Assembly: GCA_043228905.1 (NCBI GenBank) | Contig: JBHGNT010000015.1 | Location: 4,898,001 to 4,962,000 of the forward strand | Direction: 5' to 3' | Length of the DNA stretch: 64,000 nt | From: Azolla caroliniana | Lineage: Eukaryota > Plantae > Polypodiophyta | Shown: piece after piece, positions 49,130-62,939 of the stretch | Position numbering within the stretch: the first letter of the stretch is position 1 | Layout: each line of letters starts with the position of its first letter | Translations under genes and position numbers: made by a program | Notes under the pieces: generated by a model | What the model was told of the DNA's origin: nothing | The model's input: only the letters and a program-made list of their open reading frames with translations | The model's database searches: none

Positions 49130-50655
49130 TATGGAGGGGGGCTGGTGTTGGGTTTATCCACTGAAATGGAGCCCACGATACAGAAAAACAGCATATATAA
49201 GGAAGAATTATTCCTTTCAGTCTAAGTCAAAACACATAGATCTTAGGTACCATTGGATTAGAGATGTCCTTGAAGAAAAGCCGATGTGGATTGAAAAGAT
49301 TCGTACAAATGAAAATGGCTCCTACATGAGACACGAATTGAAAACATTCGTACAAATGAGAATGGCTCCTACATGAGACGCGCATTGAAAAGATTCGTAC
49401 AAATGAGAATGGCTCCTACATGATGACAAGAGATGTTCTTGAAGAAAAGCAGACGCACATTGAAAAGATTCATACAAATGACAATGGCTCAGACATGATG
49501 ACAAAATATTTGTCAAGGGAGAAGCTTCAAGTTTTCAAACAAAAGGAAAACCTAGTTGAAAAACAGAAATAAAGTTGAAAAATAGACATCTGAGAGAGAG
49601 AGAGGCGTGAGGAAAACTTCTTCCTTTTATTCTAAGACCGTACGTGACCAGACTGATGATGTTTCGGTGGCTCCACATGAAGTGGAAGGGATGAGAAGGT
49701 CTATAAAACAAACATGACCTTCAAGCAGATATAGTCCACACGAGTATGTGTTGCTTACAGATGGAGGAGAGCCACAAAGCTTTCCAGAAGCTATGGCACA
49801 TGATCATAAGGAGAAATGTCTTGAGGCCATGAATGATGAGATGAGGTGTTTGCAAGAAAATCATACCTATGATCTGGTAAAGTTGCCTGAGGGAAAGAGA
49901 GCGTTGAAAAACAAATGGGTTTTCAGGCTCAAAGCCGAGGAACATTGCTCACAACCAAGATACAAGGCAAGATTGGTTGTGAAGGGGTTCGACCAGAAAA
50001 AGGGCGTTAATTTCAAGGATATTTTCTCACTACTAGTAAAGATGTCCTCTATTAGAGTTGTGCTCAAGATTGCAGCCAGTCTCAATCTAGAAATCAAACA
50101 ACTCGATGTAAAGACTACCTTCCTTCACAATGACTTGGAATAGGAAATTTACATGGAGCAATCCGAGGGATTTGGAGTCAAAGGAAAGGAAAACCTGGTA
50201 TGTAGGTTAAAGAAGAGCTTGTACGACCTAAAACAAGCTCCCAGACTGTAGTATAAAAAGTTTGACTCGTTCATACTGAGCCATGGGTATAACAGGACAA
50301 ACACAGACCACTGTGTGTTTTTTAAGAAGTTCTCAGACAATGACTTTGTTATTCTATTCCTATATGTAGATGATATGTTGATTGTTGGTCGAGACACCAA
50401 CAAGATTGAAAAGCGGAAAAGAGAGCTGAGTCAATCTTTTGCTATGAAAAAGTTGGGGCCAACCAAGCAAATCCTTGGGACGAAGATAACCAGGGATAGA
50501 GTGAGCAAAAGGTTGTGGCTATCTCAAGAACAATATATTGAGAAAGTTCTCGAGAGATTTAACATGGCCAATTGTAAGCCGGTTAACACTCCACTCACAG
50601 GTCACTTTAAACTCGGTTCAGTTGAATGCCCCATGAGTGAGGGGAGCAAGAGAGA
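49130..50655 (+). mobile_element. Scrambled relic of the copia D family (PPT/LTR start, repeated RNase H end, RT)
   Basis: KHIDLRYHWIR, NGS(Y/D)M repeats, CSQPRYKARLVVKGF, LYVDDML; closely parallels 45660-46450. Confidence 0.85.
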
Positions 50656-50699
50656 ATGAAACAAAAGATATTTAATCTCATAGGATTTCAACTTCTTCA

Positions 50700-51890
50700 C
50701 AGTAACAATTACGGAAAGAAGTTCAAAAGGGAGGAATGTTCTTATTTCTAGTACTAATGAAACCTTCCAATATAATTGAAAGAAAATAAGAAAATCAACT
50801 TCCAAAAAAGTATCACGATTATGCAAATGTTTTACACAAGGTAAAAGCAAATACACTTCTGGAACATTAACAATATGATTGCCCCATTAATTCACAACTA
50901 GGAAAAGAGCCAACATGGGGACCAATCTACGATTTGTCACCAAATGAACTTGAGGTTCTTTGAATGTACATTGAGGAAAACTTGGCAAATAGATTCATTT
51001 GACACTTGAAATCTCTAGCTAGTGCACCCATTTTCTTTCTGAAGAAAAAAGATGGTTCACTTCTTCTAGTACTAGATTACTAGGGTTTTGAATAAGGTTA
51101 CTATTAGCAATACATATGAATTCCCTTTGATCTCTATTCTTTGGGAATGGATTACTAATTTATGCAATGCATATAACCTTGTGTAGACTCGGCAAGGAGA
51201 TGAGTGGAAAAAAACTTTCCTTACTTGATACGATCATTTTGAGTGTCTAGTCATGCTATTTGGTCTCACAAATGCGCTACAAGTTTTCAATGCATGGTTA
51301 ATGAAATTTTTCAAGATCTCTTGGACATCATCATAATCATCTATTATTTGGATGATCTATTGATTTATTCAAAATCATAAGAAGAGCATAATTCTAACTA
51401 TGTGAATCTGACATTTATGAAACTAGAGAAGTGCAATTTTGATTGCAAACAAAAAAATTCTTCTCTAAGTAAATCTCTATAAATCCAACTAAAATCCCAA
51501 TTGTGTGGGACTAGCAAACTCCACGATCTATGTGAGATGTGCAAAGTTTTCTAGGAATTGTAAATTTCTATTGCAAATTCCTACAAGATTACTCAAAGCT
51601 AATTCTAGGTCACGTAACCTACTAGTAAAAATCAATCATTTGTTTGGATTATTCATGCAAATAAGGCTTTTATGGATCTTAAGAAATCCCTTCCATTCGC
51701 CCCTATTCTAGCTCATGTTGATCCACAAAAACCATTTATTATTGAAGCAAGTGCATGAAATTTGGCACTTGGTAGTATTTTGCCACAAGGTGATGATGGA
51801 CACGCACCCAGTGACTTTCCATTTGCACAAATTGCATACGATTAAGATAAGGAGCTTTTAGCTATAATTGATTCCTTTGAACAATGGAGA
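50700..51890 (+). mobile_element. Highly degenerate Tcn1-like gypsy RT/RNase H (probably continues at 56509-57390)
   Basis: PTWGPIY, APIFFLKKKDGSL, FGLTNA, DKELLAIIDSFEQWRH in broken frames. Confidence 0.75.
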
Positions 51891-54800
51891 CATTCCTCTC
51901 GCATGAGTAACTCGATTGTCTCTTGGCTTGTAATGGCCTTTGTGTAGGGAAGAAAATGTGTCATCTTCATAAAACAATCTACTACCATGAGAATATAATC
52001 AAAACCCTTGGAAGGTGGTAGATATGTAATGAAGTCCAATGAAATAGATTTCCATGGACTCTCAGGAATAGGCATTGGTTGTAATAAGCCATATGAATGA
52101 TGTCGAGGTTTTTTGGATCGCTAACATGTATTACAACTACCGAAATGTCCAACCATTGGTGTGTCATGACATTGCTGCAATACTTGGAGTCGAGAAGGAC
52201 CATCAAGTCCATATAAGAGATTTTGTCGAAAAAGTAAACCATCATGCCAATTGAACTGGTTGTAGTCTTGACAAGGATTTTGAGATTGTGAACAAGAAGC
52301 ACGATCCAGAATAATATGGTTAAAAATGTCTTGGGCGAATTCATCAGTCTCAATATGCTCCCGATTGGAGTTCAGAATACTTGAATCCCCAGATGTGTCT
52401 ATAGCATGAAATGCCATTAGTCGTAGACGGTAAGGACCCAAGAGAATTTTCTTTCTAACTTTCAAATGCGGCCTCTCTTGGTTGAAGTTCCATATACGAA
52501 TGCCAAGATAAAGCATATGCTTTTCCTTGTTGCGTCCCAGTGCAATATAGAATTACAAAATCAAAATGAGTTAAGAACTGTGCCCAATGAGCTTGTCGAC
52601 GACTCAGGACTCAAGCACTTTGGAAGTACGTTAGATTTTTGTGATCATTATAGACAATGATTTATTGAGACGAACCCTCCAAAAAATGACGCCATTGTGG
52701 ATAAGAATCCACAATGGCAAGAAGCTCTTTGTCATGAATCTCATAGATTATTTTTGCAGCTTTGAATTTCTGTGAATGAAAAGCCACAGGGTGCAATTGG
52801 CCATCATTGCTAATCTAGGATAATATGCTTCTTAGTGCGAAGTCGGATGCATCAGCTTCGAGTACAAAGCGTTTCAATGGATCAACATGCATCAAAATTG
52901 GTGCGGATGTAAATGCTTGCTTTAATCCTTCAAATGTTGAGTTTGCATTTATACTCCACAGAAATGGTCCATTCTTTTGTGCCACGTGAGTGAGGGGCAA
53001 TACGATCTTTGAATAATCTTTGATGAACTTGCGATAAGTTTGTGAACCCCAAAAAACAGTGTACATCTCGCACAGATTGTGGTGTTTGCCAATCCAAAAT
53101 TGTTTGAAGCTTTGCTGGATCCATAGAGATGCCATGTGAAGTGACTATGTACCCCAAAAATTCCACTTGACGCTGGTCGAAATTACACTTGTCCAATTTT
53201 GCATAAAGACCATATTCACGCAACCGTTGCAAAGCTTGTCAAACATGTATATCATGATCCTCTTGAGTTTTTGAGTAGATCAAGATATCATCTAGGTAAA
53301 CTATGATGAAAATATCAAGTAAATCTCAAAAAATGTCATTCGCCATATGTTGGAAAACTACTAGTGCATTTGTGCGACCAAATGGCCTCACTATATACTC
53401 AAAATGGCTATAGTGAGTACGGAAAGGAGTCTTCCATTCATCCCCAGGACGAATTCGAACAAGGTTGTAAGCACCTCGAAGATCTAACTTTGTGAAATAT
53501 TTAGCTCCACTGAGGCATTCCAGAAGGCTCAAACTCAATGGTAGAGCATATCGGTTTGGAATAGTTACTTTATTCAATCCACGACCAGACGAAGCGAACC
53601 ATCTTTCTTCTTAAATGAAAAATAGGGGTGTGCTAGCAGGAGATCTTGAATGCTGGATAAACCCATTCGCCAAGTTCTCATTGATGTATTCCCGAAGAAC
53701 CTCTAGCTCCGTGGGCGAAAGGTTAAAAATTGGCCCCCATGGAGGCTCTTTTCCGGGCTGCAAATCAATTAGGCAATCGTATGGTCGATGCTCTAGTAGT
53801 CTATTGGCTTCATCTTATCAAACACATCATAGAATTCTATGTATTTCTTTGCTAGTTTGTCCCCCAATTCTTGTTAGCTCGATGTGGAAGTTGCTAAAAC
53901 TACGAACACCAACATGTCTTCCTTCCGTCCTTCCTCACATAACTAATGTATAGAGATTGTCGAAATCTTTTGGAATGTCATATCCTTTGTTTTAAGGGAC
54001 TTAGACTCTATTGTGACCTCTTCAATGGTTCTTTTTCTCAAATCAATAGTTTGGTTATGTAGCTCAAACCATGCAAGACCAAGAACTAGGGCGTGCTTTG
54101 GACTACTAATGATGTTGAATGAGATGACACCAACCAAATTGCCTATGACTACATGAATTGGTTCAGACTCTTCAACTATTTCAACCGATGCTATGGGGTG
54201 TCCATGAATGACTCCGACAGACACTGGGCTTGGGAGCTTATGCAACTGAATATTATGCAATACAGTGAACTCACGATCTATGAAACAAGAGTTGGCTCCA
54301 AAGTCTACGAGGGAAGAAGTTGGGACTCGATGGCAACTAGATGTGTTAATCTCAACTTGAGTAGAGAAAACATGACTAGCTTGACTATATGAAATGGAAC
54401 CACAACTAAGGACGAACGTTATATGCCTAGGGCTGTCCAACCGAATGGCTCTGATTTTGGCCAGACTGACTCGTTTAACACATCATCTAATTGGCTCAAG
54501 ACATCAAATGTATTTTTATGACAGAGACTAATAGGCCTCCTTGGGTTACGAGGAGGCGGGGCAGAAATTGAAATGGGATTGTCATGAGTACTTGGGTAAC
54601 TTACTGTCGTGGTTTATGTGGAAAAATTCACAACAATATGCCCTGGACCACCAGAATAGAGGCAAAAACAATACGCTTGACATTGTTGCTTTTCAGCATC
54701 CAATAATGGTCCTCGATGTCGTGTTGTCTCAATGTAGGGCCTTCCACCAAACTTGACTTTGATACTAGGGTGGAGTTGCGACCACCGAAACATATGTTTC

Positions 54801-56508
54801 TATTGGCCAGAAGCGTAACATTTGTTGGTGCTCAGAATGCCGCTCAATTAAGCGATTGTCACATCGCATGGCACAACTTACTGCTTCAGTAAGAGACTTT
54901 GGATCATTTTGGAAGGTAAGAAGTAAATGCTTCACATCATTGTGCAGACCTTAACGAAATTGGTCCTTTACTGCGGCCTCGTCCCATTGAATATCACATG
55001 CTAGAAGGCGAAAATCTACAACATAAGTGGAAGCAGGACGATCTCCTTGTCGTAATCGCCAAATTTTGTTTATTGTGGTCCTCATACTATCAGTGTCTCC
55101 AAAGTTTCCTTGGAACTCATTAATAAACCCTTCAAAATCTTTTAATAATTGTGAGTGCTTCTCTAGGAGTGGTGCAAAACACGCTAATGCGGTACCCGTT
55201 AACAAGGTACCAACTAGTCCCACGCGAGCAACATAAGTTGGGTAACAGCTAGGATGCAATTTAATCACAATCCGTACCTGATTAAAAAATCCACAAAATT
55301 GAGACCTTGTACCATCAAACTTGGTTGGTACTCTAATCTTTTGTTCTTTCGGTGAGGTTTGACTTCCACCGCTTGTCGTTGCAATAGAGTAGCCTCTAAT
55401 TGATGCATCCATTGCGATAACTCTCCAAATTGTTGTACCTTCTCAACACTTACTTGTTTTAGGTCACCTAGGAATCTTTGATTTTCTTGCTCCAAGGCCA
55501 CGAATTTGGTTGTTAGCATATCTAGTTCAGACAGAACGCGCATATATTCTTGCTTGCTGACAGACTCCATAGTTACAAGAGAGATTTGCTAGATTCGCTT
55601 GAATAAGTTTAAGAGAAGAAGAAGAAGAAATTGGAGATGAGAAAAAGAAAATTCGGTTCAAACTGTCAAGACGAGAGAGATAGATAGATAGATAGATAGA
55701 TTATATTATCATCTTAGGAGGTCAAATATGACCTATGAGACCAAAAATATTACATTGCACGTGATACCTGTGAAAGTGAGTAGTGAATCTCAATGTTCAA
55801 GAACTTTACCAATGAATGTTGCAATCGCGAGTGCACATTGTGGTTGTGAGAGGAATTCATGCAAGGATTGGGCTTGATCGAAGAGATGTGGAAAGCATGG
55901 TCAAATATGATCAAAGGCAGAGCATTGTATCAAAGTGTGATACTCAGACTTGCAAACTTGTTTAGGGCAAAGTGTGCATAGCCAACCACTCTCATCACTT
56001 GTGCCCCAACGCCTTGTCTCACATCACAATGCATGTGAGCTAAGTCCCATGCAAGCAATGGTTCAAATGGCAGATAACGGTATGGGCTCTAACATGTATC
56101 GATGTGTACGATTTCCCCGTTTTGCACAGAGAGAGAGAGAGAGAGAGAGAGAAGACAATTAATAGAAATGAGATTATATTATGAGGAAACAAGATTACAA
56201 AGAGTAGGCTAAGGGTTAAAGACTGATGTTGAACCGAATGAGTTGTGATGAAGGAATAGACACCTATTATAGGTCCTTATGGAGTATTCTAGAATGTTCT
56301 AGAATACTTTAGATACTTATGATATTTAATATAATTATGGAATATCCTAGAATGTTCTAGAATACTCATATTATCTTGTAATAACTAATAATATATTTAT
56401 TATACCTATACATGATATATGTTATTATAGTGGTTAAAGGTCAAACATATAAATCAAGATGTCGTGGGCTCGAATCTTTGTAAGGCCAAAATGTATGTCT
56501 TCATGACA
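51890..56508 (-). mobile_element. Truncated Tcn1/Tf1-like chromovirus (5' LTR 56508-55664, gag, PR, RT, RH, INT start)
   Basis: gag 55570-54951 (PTKFDG), protease near 54300, [30 protein letters not shown]; LTR TGTCA...TGACA. Confidence 0.85.
56286..56365. promoter_or_regulatory. Heat-shock elements upstream of the LTR TATA box
   Basis: TTCtaGAAtgTTCtaGAA and GAAtgTTCtaGAA; minus-strand TATAATAG at 56271-56264. Confidence 0.72.
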
Positions 56509-57390
56509 ACACCATTCTATGCTTATATAGGCTTTCATCCTCATTGGTGTGTGTTAGAAACTCTTGAGTTACATACAAATCCTAGTGTAGAGGATCATTT
56601 GGAGCGGCTACGATGAATTCAGACAAAACTATCTACCCACCTACATCACGCCCAACAAACACAAAAGGATTATGCGGATCGTCATCGGCTTCCATCCTAT
56701 CTTGATACTAGAGATAGAGTATGGCTATTACGATAGCATATTAAGACTATTGGACCATGTGACGAACTAGATTATTGATAGTTTGGGCCTTTTCGTATTA
56801 TTAGAAAAATTAACGATGTCACTTTTCGCCTTGATCTATCTTTGCAACTACGGATACATCTGATATTTCATAGTTCTCTTCTAAAACTCTATCAACACAA
56901 CACTATTCCCAATCGCATGACACCACCTCCACCCCCGATCAAACTTGAAGATGGACTTGAGTACGAAATTGCTGTCATCCTCGATTCCAAGATTATTTAC
57001 AACAAGCTCTACTATTTGGTCAATTGGCTAAGTTATAGTCCCAATGATCGTACTTGGGAACTACTAGAGAATTGGCTAATGCTCAAGCTCTACTTGAAGA
57101 CTTTCATTGTCAATATCTAGACAAACCAAGTCCTCAATCAAAGACGACTCGTAACACTCGTCGTTTAAAAGGGGGAGATAGTGTCATGATATGGCTCCAA
57201 TAAGATACGAAACATATTATTTTTATTGATTATTTTACTCTAGGAAATTCATGTATATTCCAAATTTCTTTCGAAAATTCTAGAAAATTCTAGAGTACTC
57301 CTGACAACAAAATAAATAGAGGGACAAGGCATTATTCAAAACCAATTCTGTTCAACACCAATCTTAAGCCTCCTAGTTGTTCTTGTATCT
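56509..57390 (+). mobile_element. Tcn1-like integrase C-term, chromodomain, PPT and 3' LTR start (57182)
   Basis: IHLIFHSSLLK, YEIAVILDS...YYLVNW...TWE; PPT AAAAGGGGGAGA; HSE at 57273-57294. Confidence 0.8.
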
Positions 57391-57609
57391 GTCACGAATA
57401 CATAAGCATCATGGCTTCACTTGGGCTTCTCTTCATATAATATACCACTTGTTATCATCATTCTCTCTCTCTCTACCCCCCCTCTCTCCCCCTCTCTCCC
57501 TCCCCTGCTCTCATAAGTCCCTCTTAGTACTAATCCTCATAGTACTTTCCTCCTCTATCTCTAGTACTAATTCCCTTTTTGTCTTTAGTACTATTCCTAA
57601 CAACAGTAT

Positions 57610-58165
57610 GGGTACAAGTTTAGGTATGCTCATGTCACAAGTTAATCTGGATAGCCATATGGCTTCCCTACATGCTTCACTAACTGCACCATACTTTGCT
57701 TCTATAGTGGATAGAGCAGTACACTCTTAGAGATGAGATCTCCAAGATATGACACCTTCCATAAATTGAAAAATATACCCCAAAATAGATTTTCTCTTAT
57801 CAGAACAACTCGCATAATCAAAGTCTGTATGTCCAATGATGGATACATTTTCGCCATGTAAACATAGAAACTTATTCTCGGTGCCACTCATATATCTTAA
57901 TATTATTTTGAGTACCTCCCAATGTTTTTTACAAGGGTTTGACAAAAATCTGCTCATAGCTCCCACTGCAAATGCAATGTCTGGCCTAGTTGTTACCATA
58001 GTGTACATAAGACTACCAACAATAGACTACTAAGGAATTTTACTCATGAGTTCCATTTTATGATCAGATTTCGGGTATTCATCTTTGCTCAATTCAACAT
58101 GCATAGATAACGGAGTGCTCAAAAGCTTTGCACTTTCCATATTAAACCTCTTGAGTATTTTGCAT
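57610..58165 (-). mobile_element. Copia RT/RNase H relic
   Basis: TRPDIAFAVG, TDFDYASC, ISWRS. Confidence 0.8.
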
Positions 58166-59371
58166 ACTAATGAGGAGATATAGAAACAACATAGAGAAGA
58201 TAAGAGGAAGAGAAAACAATACCTCAATATACTATTATGAAAACAATCCCATCTTATTACACTCTGAAAATAACAACCCCAAATAACTCTACTTTAATCT
58301 CAATGACACTAGTGGGTGGAAGCATGCTACAGTGTACCAGGAAAGTATTGTTTTTGGCCACAAAAAATGTTAGTTCTTTCGATTACGTTTGTACTAAATA
58401 ATTGAAAAAAAATTCAGAGAAAAAGAAATCGATTTTGGGGAATGGCGTGAGTGACATTTAAGACAAGGAGTGGGGGGAACACATGAGGAGATGTTCTTTC
58501 CATTTTGGTGGCTATTTTCCCCTCACATGGATTTGAACGTTTTTTGGTGCTTCCCCTCAAACCAACTCCTCTCCCTCTATCTCTCTAAATTTCTTTGAAT
58601 TCTTCATCTCAGACATCCATGTCAGGTTTCTGGTTTTCCTCCCATCTTAGAGGTTTGTTATGCATGTATCATTAGAGTGTGTAAACCCTATCTCACGTAT
58701 TTGGGTGCTTCAATACTAAACATGTTTTAGGGACTGTTCTGAGACTGTTACGCATGTAAAACCATTAGAGACTATTACGCATGTATTATCATCAAAGATT
58801 GTATTGAGACCTCTAATAGCAACCAATAATGACTTCTTCGAGAATGATTTTCTTACTTCTTCCACCGATTGTAGTTTATCTTGCGGTGATATGAGGCTTT
58901 CTCCACCGAGGAGAGGATCCTTCCACTGATTTGAGGCATATTATCGCTGAAATACAAGGCATCCTCCATCGATTTGAGGGTTTGTTCACTGATTGGAGGC
59001 ACAATACGGTATTCATCTTTGTCACTTCTTCGACTCATTCGAAAGTATTCCAATACTTGTTTGAGACTTCAACGATAATTGATTTATTTGGTAAGCACCC
59101 CTATTCTTAATTTTGACATTTTTAGAATTCTATTGTCTCATATTCGTAAATCTATTTTTTCATTTTCAATACTAAATTCTTTCATTTTCAGAAATCTGTG
59201 AATAAAGAAATGATTATTTGTCCTTTTTGAGCCATATTTCCAATGTCCAAAATGATGCGTTTCTCACATTGCAGGCCGCATTTAAAAACATTTGACTGTG
59301 ATTTCTTAGTGCAGTCTATATAACATTAAGTACTCTCACAAGACACTTAATTTATTTCAGTACTAAATCTA

Positions 59372-60845
59372 GTGACCATGATAGTCCCCAACAAGAGTGA
59401 GTTGTCAAGTAACTCATGTATATCCGAAAGGACCAAGAGACGAGTGGTGCTTCACATAGTCTGTTATTTGGTAGAAATAACGAAGAGATTTAGTGAAGAG
59501 GATCGTAGGGATATTATATGTAGATTGTTAGACCATCAATGTTTGAATGAAGACATGGGGAGAATAAAATTTAGGGACCAATGTGTTTCAGAGGAGATTG
59601 TAAAGTCTATGAAGTCATCCCTATACAAACTTGTTGCTAAGAGGGCAGCCCTACACATGGTTGTGAACGATGTGAGAAAAAAAATATAGTGATACTAAAG
59701 TTGCCTTAGTCTTGGGTATTTAAAGAAGGAACTTGAGGAAATATCGTTGAAATATACACTCAAGCCAATTCAAGTGGCTGGGGTTGGGACGTAGACGAGG
59801 ATGTGATGCCTTGTCTCAAGAGATGATTGAGAAAGTGGATTCGTTTTGGGCAAAAAATACACGTGTCTCACCAAATAAGAAGGACGTGTGTAGACAATGA
59901 ATAATTGGGGTAAGTACTAGATTCACCCTAGACACTTCTTGGAGATGACTGAGGTATTCCATTTTTTTATATCACGTCACATTCCATAAAAAAATTTGTT
60001 GACCTAGTGTATATTAATGTTTGCTATATATTGGTTGATGTAGGCTGAATTGTACATGAACTTTAAAGACCAACATCCAAGCATGACTGTTGGATTCCGT
60101 AAGTTCCAAGGTTTGAAACCATATTATGTTAGAAAATTAAATGAGAGGAATACATGTTGTTGTGTGTACCATGTGAAGATGGACATGTTAAGGATCGGAG
60201 TAAATGCAATGCATACTAATTCTAAGGGTATACACGGGGAATTATGTGTCTGCACTTGTGAGGTTTGTAGACCAAATGGGGAGGATAATAGGTGTAATGC
60301 ACGAAACATGACTTATGCATCTGTTTCTAAGCTATGGAGGTCTTGTGTATGTGAAAAAGAACCATCATGTGACTGGCATCGTCGTACATGTCTTTTAAGA
60401 ATATGTAAGGTTTGTCCGCCACCATTATTTTGTAGATTGGAGCTTGATTTGGGAAACAGTCATATTGTGAAATGGAAATATTAGCTTGATTTGGGAAACA
60501 ACCATATTGTGAAATGGAAATATTTAGAGTACGTGTCTGAAAATATTGGCAAGGGATTTGTAACTAAGCGTATCAAGTATATAAGGAGACATGTGTTGCT
60601 ACCCTTGTCTCAAAATTTAAGAAACAACTTGGGGAGTTCATTCCACATAATTTCCAGAGATTTTGGCGAAATTCACAGTTCAAGGAATGTATTAATAGCA
60701 TACCACCGAGTGTCATCGTATCTGTTATTGACTTTGTAGAAAACTATACATTTAAAGTTTAAAATGAGGTTCAATCAATCCATTGGTACAATGATCAATG
60801 CACAATACTTGTACATATTTGCTATTGGAGACAAGACAGTGAGTT
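59372..60845 (+). pseudogene. Spliced DDE transposase relic, Sola2-like
   Basis: FQGLKPYYV...TCCCVYH Cys-rich region; VIDFVENY...NEVQSIHW...QCTILVH at 60721-60828; GT-AG intron about 59954-60043. Confidence 0.6.
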
Positions 60846-60849
60846 ACAT

Positions 60850-62210
60850 AAGAAATGTGTCCTGTTTTACCACAAAAATGACATTGTAGATTTTTATACC
60901 TTGGTTTTGATTTACTTCTAGTCCTCCCTTGGTTGTTTTGACCTTGGCTTGTATGATTACTCCTCCCTCTCTCAACCATCAAGACTTCCGAATGTGAGGA
61001 TGTCGCTTGTGTCCTTCGTCTCATCTCCTTGTTTAGAACACCGCTCTTGACATATTCCGTAGTTACAATTCCATTTGAGGTTGCATTAGTTAGAGATACC
61101 CTAAACGTTTCCCATGAATCAGGGAGAGTGTTTAACAACCATAATCCATTAATCTCATCATCAAATTTCACACCCATACCAAAAAGTTGGTCAAAACATC
61201 CTTGAAATTCATTTAGATGATCTAAAATGGAACTACCTTCTTTATACACTAAATGCATTGCTTGTTTAAGCAAAAATAACTTATTGTTACCTGTCTTTGA
61301 TGCATACAATGTTTCGAGTTTATTCCATAGAGATTTAGCATTAGTTTCATTCACAATATGGTGTAAGAAATTATCTCCCACCCATTGTCCAATAAAACCA
61401 CATACTTGTTGATTCTCGAAAAGCCATTCCTCGACAATTTTGCTCTTCGGTTTAGCATCTGTAAAAATAGGAAGTGTAGTTTTTTCACAAAAAGAAGATC
61501 TTTCATCTTACCTTTCCATTTGTGGTAGTTGGTGCGGTTCAAGCAAACCATTGTGGAAAAATTTGCCTCCATAAGAAGTGCTCAACCTCTGCTTTGATAC
61601 CACTTGTTCTGAAACTTAATAACACTTAAACACTTATGTAAAATAGAAAATATGTTGTGCAAGATTTAAAAGAAAGCAAGAGAGATACACAACAAATCAA
61701 TACACAATACATCACAAATATTTAAAGTGGAAAACCCTCAAAGAGGTAAAAACCACGGGACCTAGTCGAAAACTAATTCATTATCAATATAAATCTGATA
61801 CACCAAAGTTCTACTCTAAACAAGTTAGAGTACTATGAGAAATCGAGGAATATGATGTTTCCTCAAAAACTAAACTCAACAGAAAGACACAAACACCACC
61901 TAAACTCACAGCACGTGGTTGATGACAGAGGCAACGATGTCCGGATGTTTGAGTGTGCTAGTGTACTTGAGAATGCTTGAAGGAATCAACCAAGAAAGAG
62001 AGTATGAGCTCTTTGAAATCTGTTTTTTATTTGGTATGACAAAGAAATGCACGTTTCCCCCTTTATAACTCTCAAAAAAGAAAAGAGTTACATAGTGTAG
62101 ATATGTAACGCGTTCCTTGTGTGAACCCCTTTGAGACTATATTAAAAAAATTGCAAGTTTTGGGCGTCCAAAGGCCCATTTACCTAGAATGTGGACAGAA
62201 AAACTTAACA
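60850..62210 (-). mobile_element. Truncated Tnt1-like copia: 5' LTR 61605-62210, PBS, gag to zinc knuckle
   Basis: PBS TGGTATCAAAGC 61602-61591; LLNTLPDSWETF; CHFCGKTGH; LTR homologous to 24725-25219. Confidence 0.88.
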
Positions 62211-62937
62211 AGTTAATCTTTACTCAACCCGAGGTTGTACTTTTCCCTGCTTAGTACGGATTAGCAGATCATCTTATGCACAAATATTTAACGCCAATAT
62301 TCTCAATGAGCGTTCTGATTATGTTGATTAGTCGTTAATGAATCCCTAGTTTGAATGTTAATCTCATCAAAGTCTGATGATAGATATAAATTTTCTGTAC
62401 TTAATCATCACTGAAAGGGTAGCTTCATGATCATTGATCCCGAGGCAAGAAAGTTGATACAGAAGAAGACGATGATACAGTTTCACACTGCCATCTTCTT
62501 CTTCTTCTTCTTCTTCTTCTTCTTTTTCTAATTCTTGTCGGGAGCGAGGAATCGGTATTCCAAGGAGATGAAGGCAATGACAAACCATGACAGTGTGAAC
62601 CTTCTTTGTTTTCTTCTTCTTGCAAGTAACCAATATCAGTAGGGTTGTTATGATTAGACATTAATCATAACAATAATACTAGTAATACTCTCAGTCACAG
62701 TTGGTAGAGTGATACATCTACTTCTAGTAGTACAGTTGTAGTACCAGTAGTTAGTATTATTGTTTTCTTCATCACCATCATCATCATTAAGAAGCTTATA
62801 GTCATGATGAATACTTAATCATCGTCATCATCATTATGAAGATGATGATTATATTAAATGCTCTTGTGTTAACTAGATAATCAGATTTCCATTGTAATGA
62901 CATCAAACCATGCATGAATTTGCAGTCTATGCATAGC
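62211..62937 (+). pseudogene. Fragment of a third ERD4-like copy (intron 4 and first codons of exon 5)
   Basis: TTAAGAAGCT..GTCATGATG and GACATCAAACCAT..TGAATTTGCAGTCTATGCATAGC match 28751-28856; ATTCTCAATGAG matches copy 2 intron 4. Confidence 0.7.
62493..62524. repeat. (TCT)n microsatellite
   Basis: About 10 TCT units. Confidence 0.9.
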
Positions 62938-62939
62938 TA

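Noticed and set aside
58853-59053. 66-aa minus-strand ORF within the DNA transposon region
   Set aside because: No motif recognised; cannot be distinguished from chance.
62367-62661. Poly-E and poly-R ORFs
   Set aside because: Produced by the (TCT)n microsatellite; no supported gene model.
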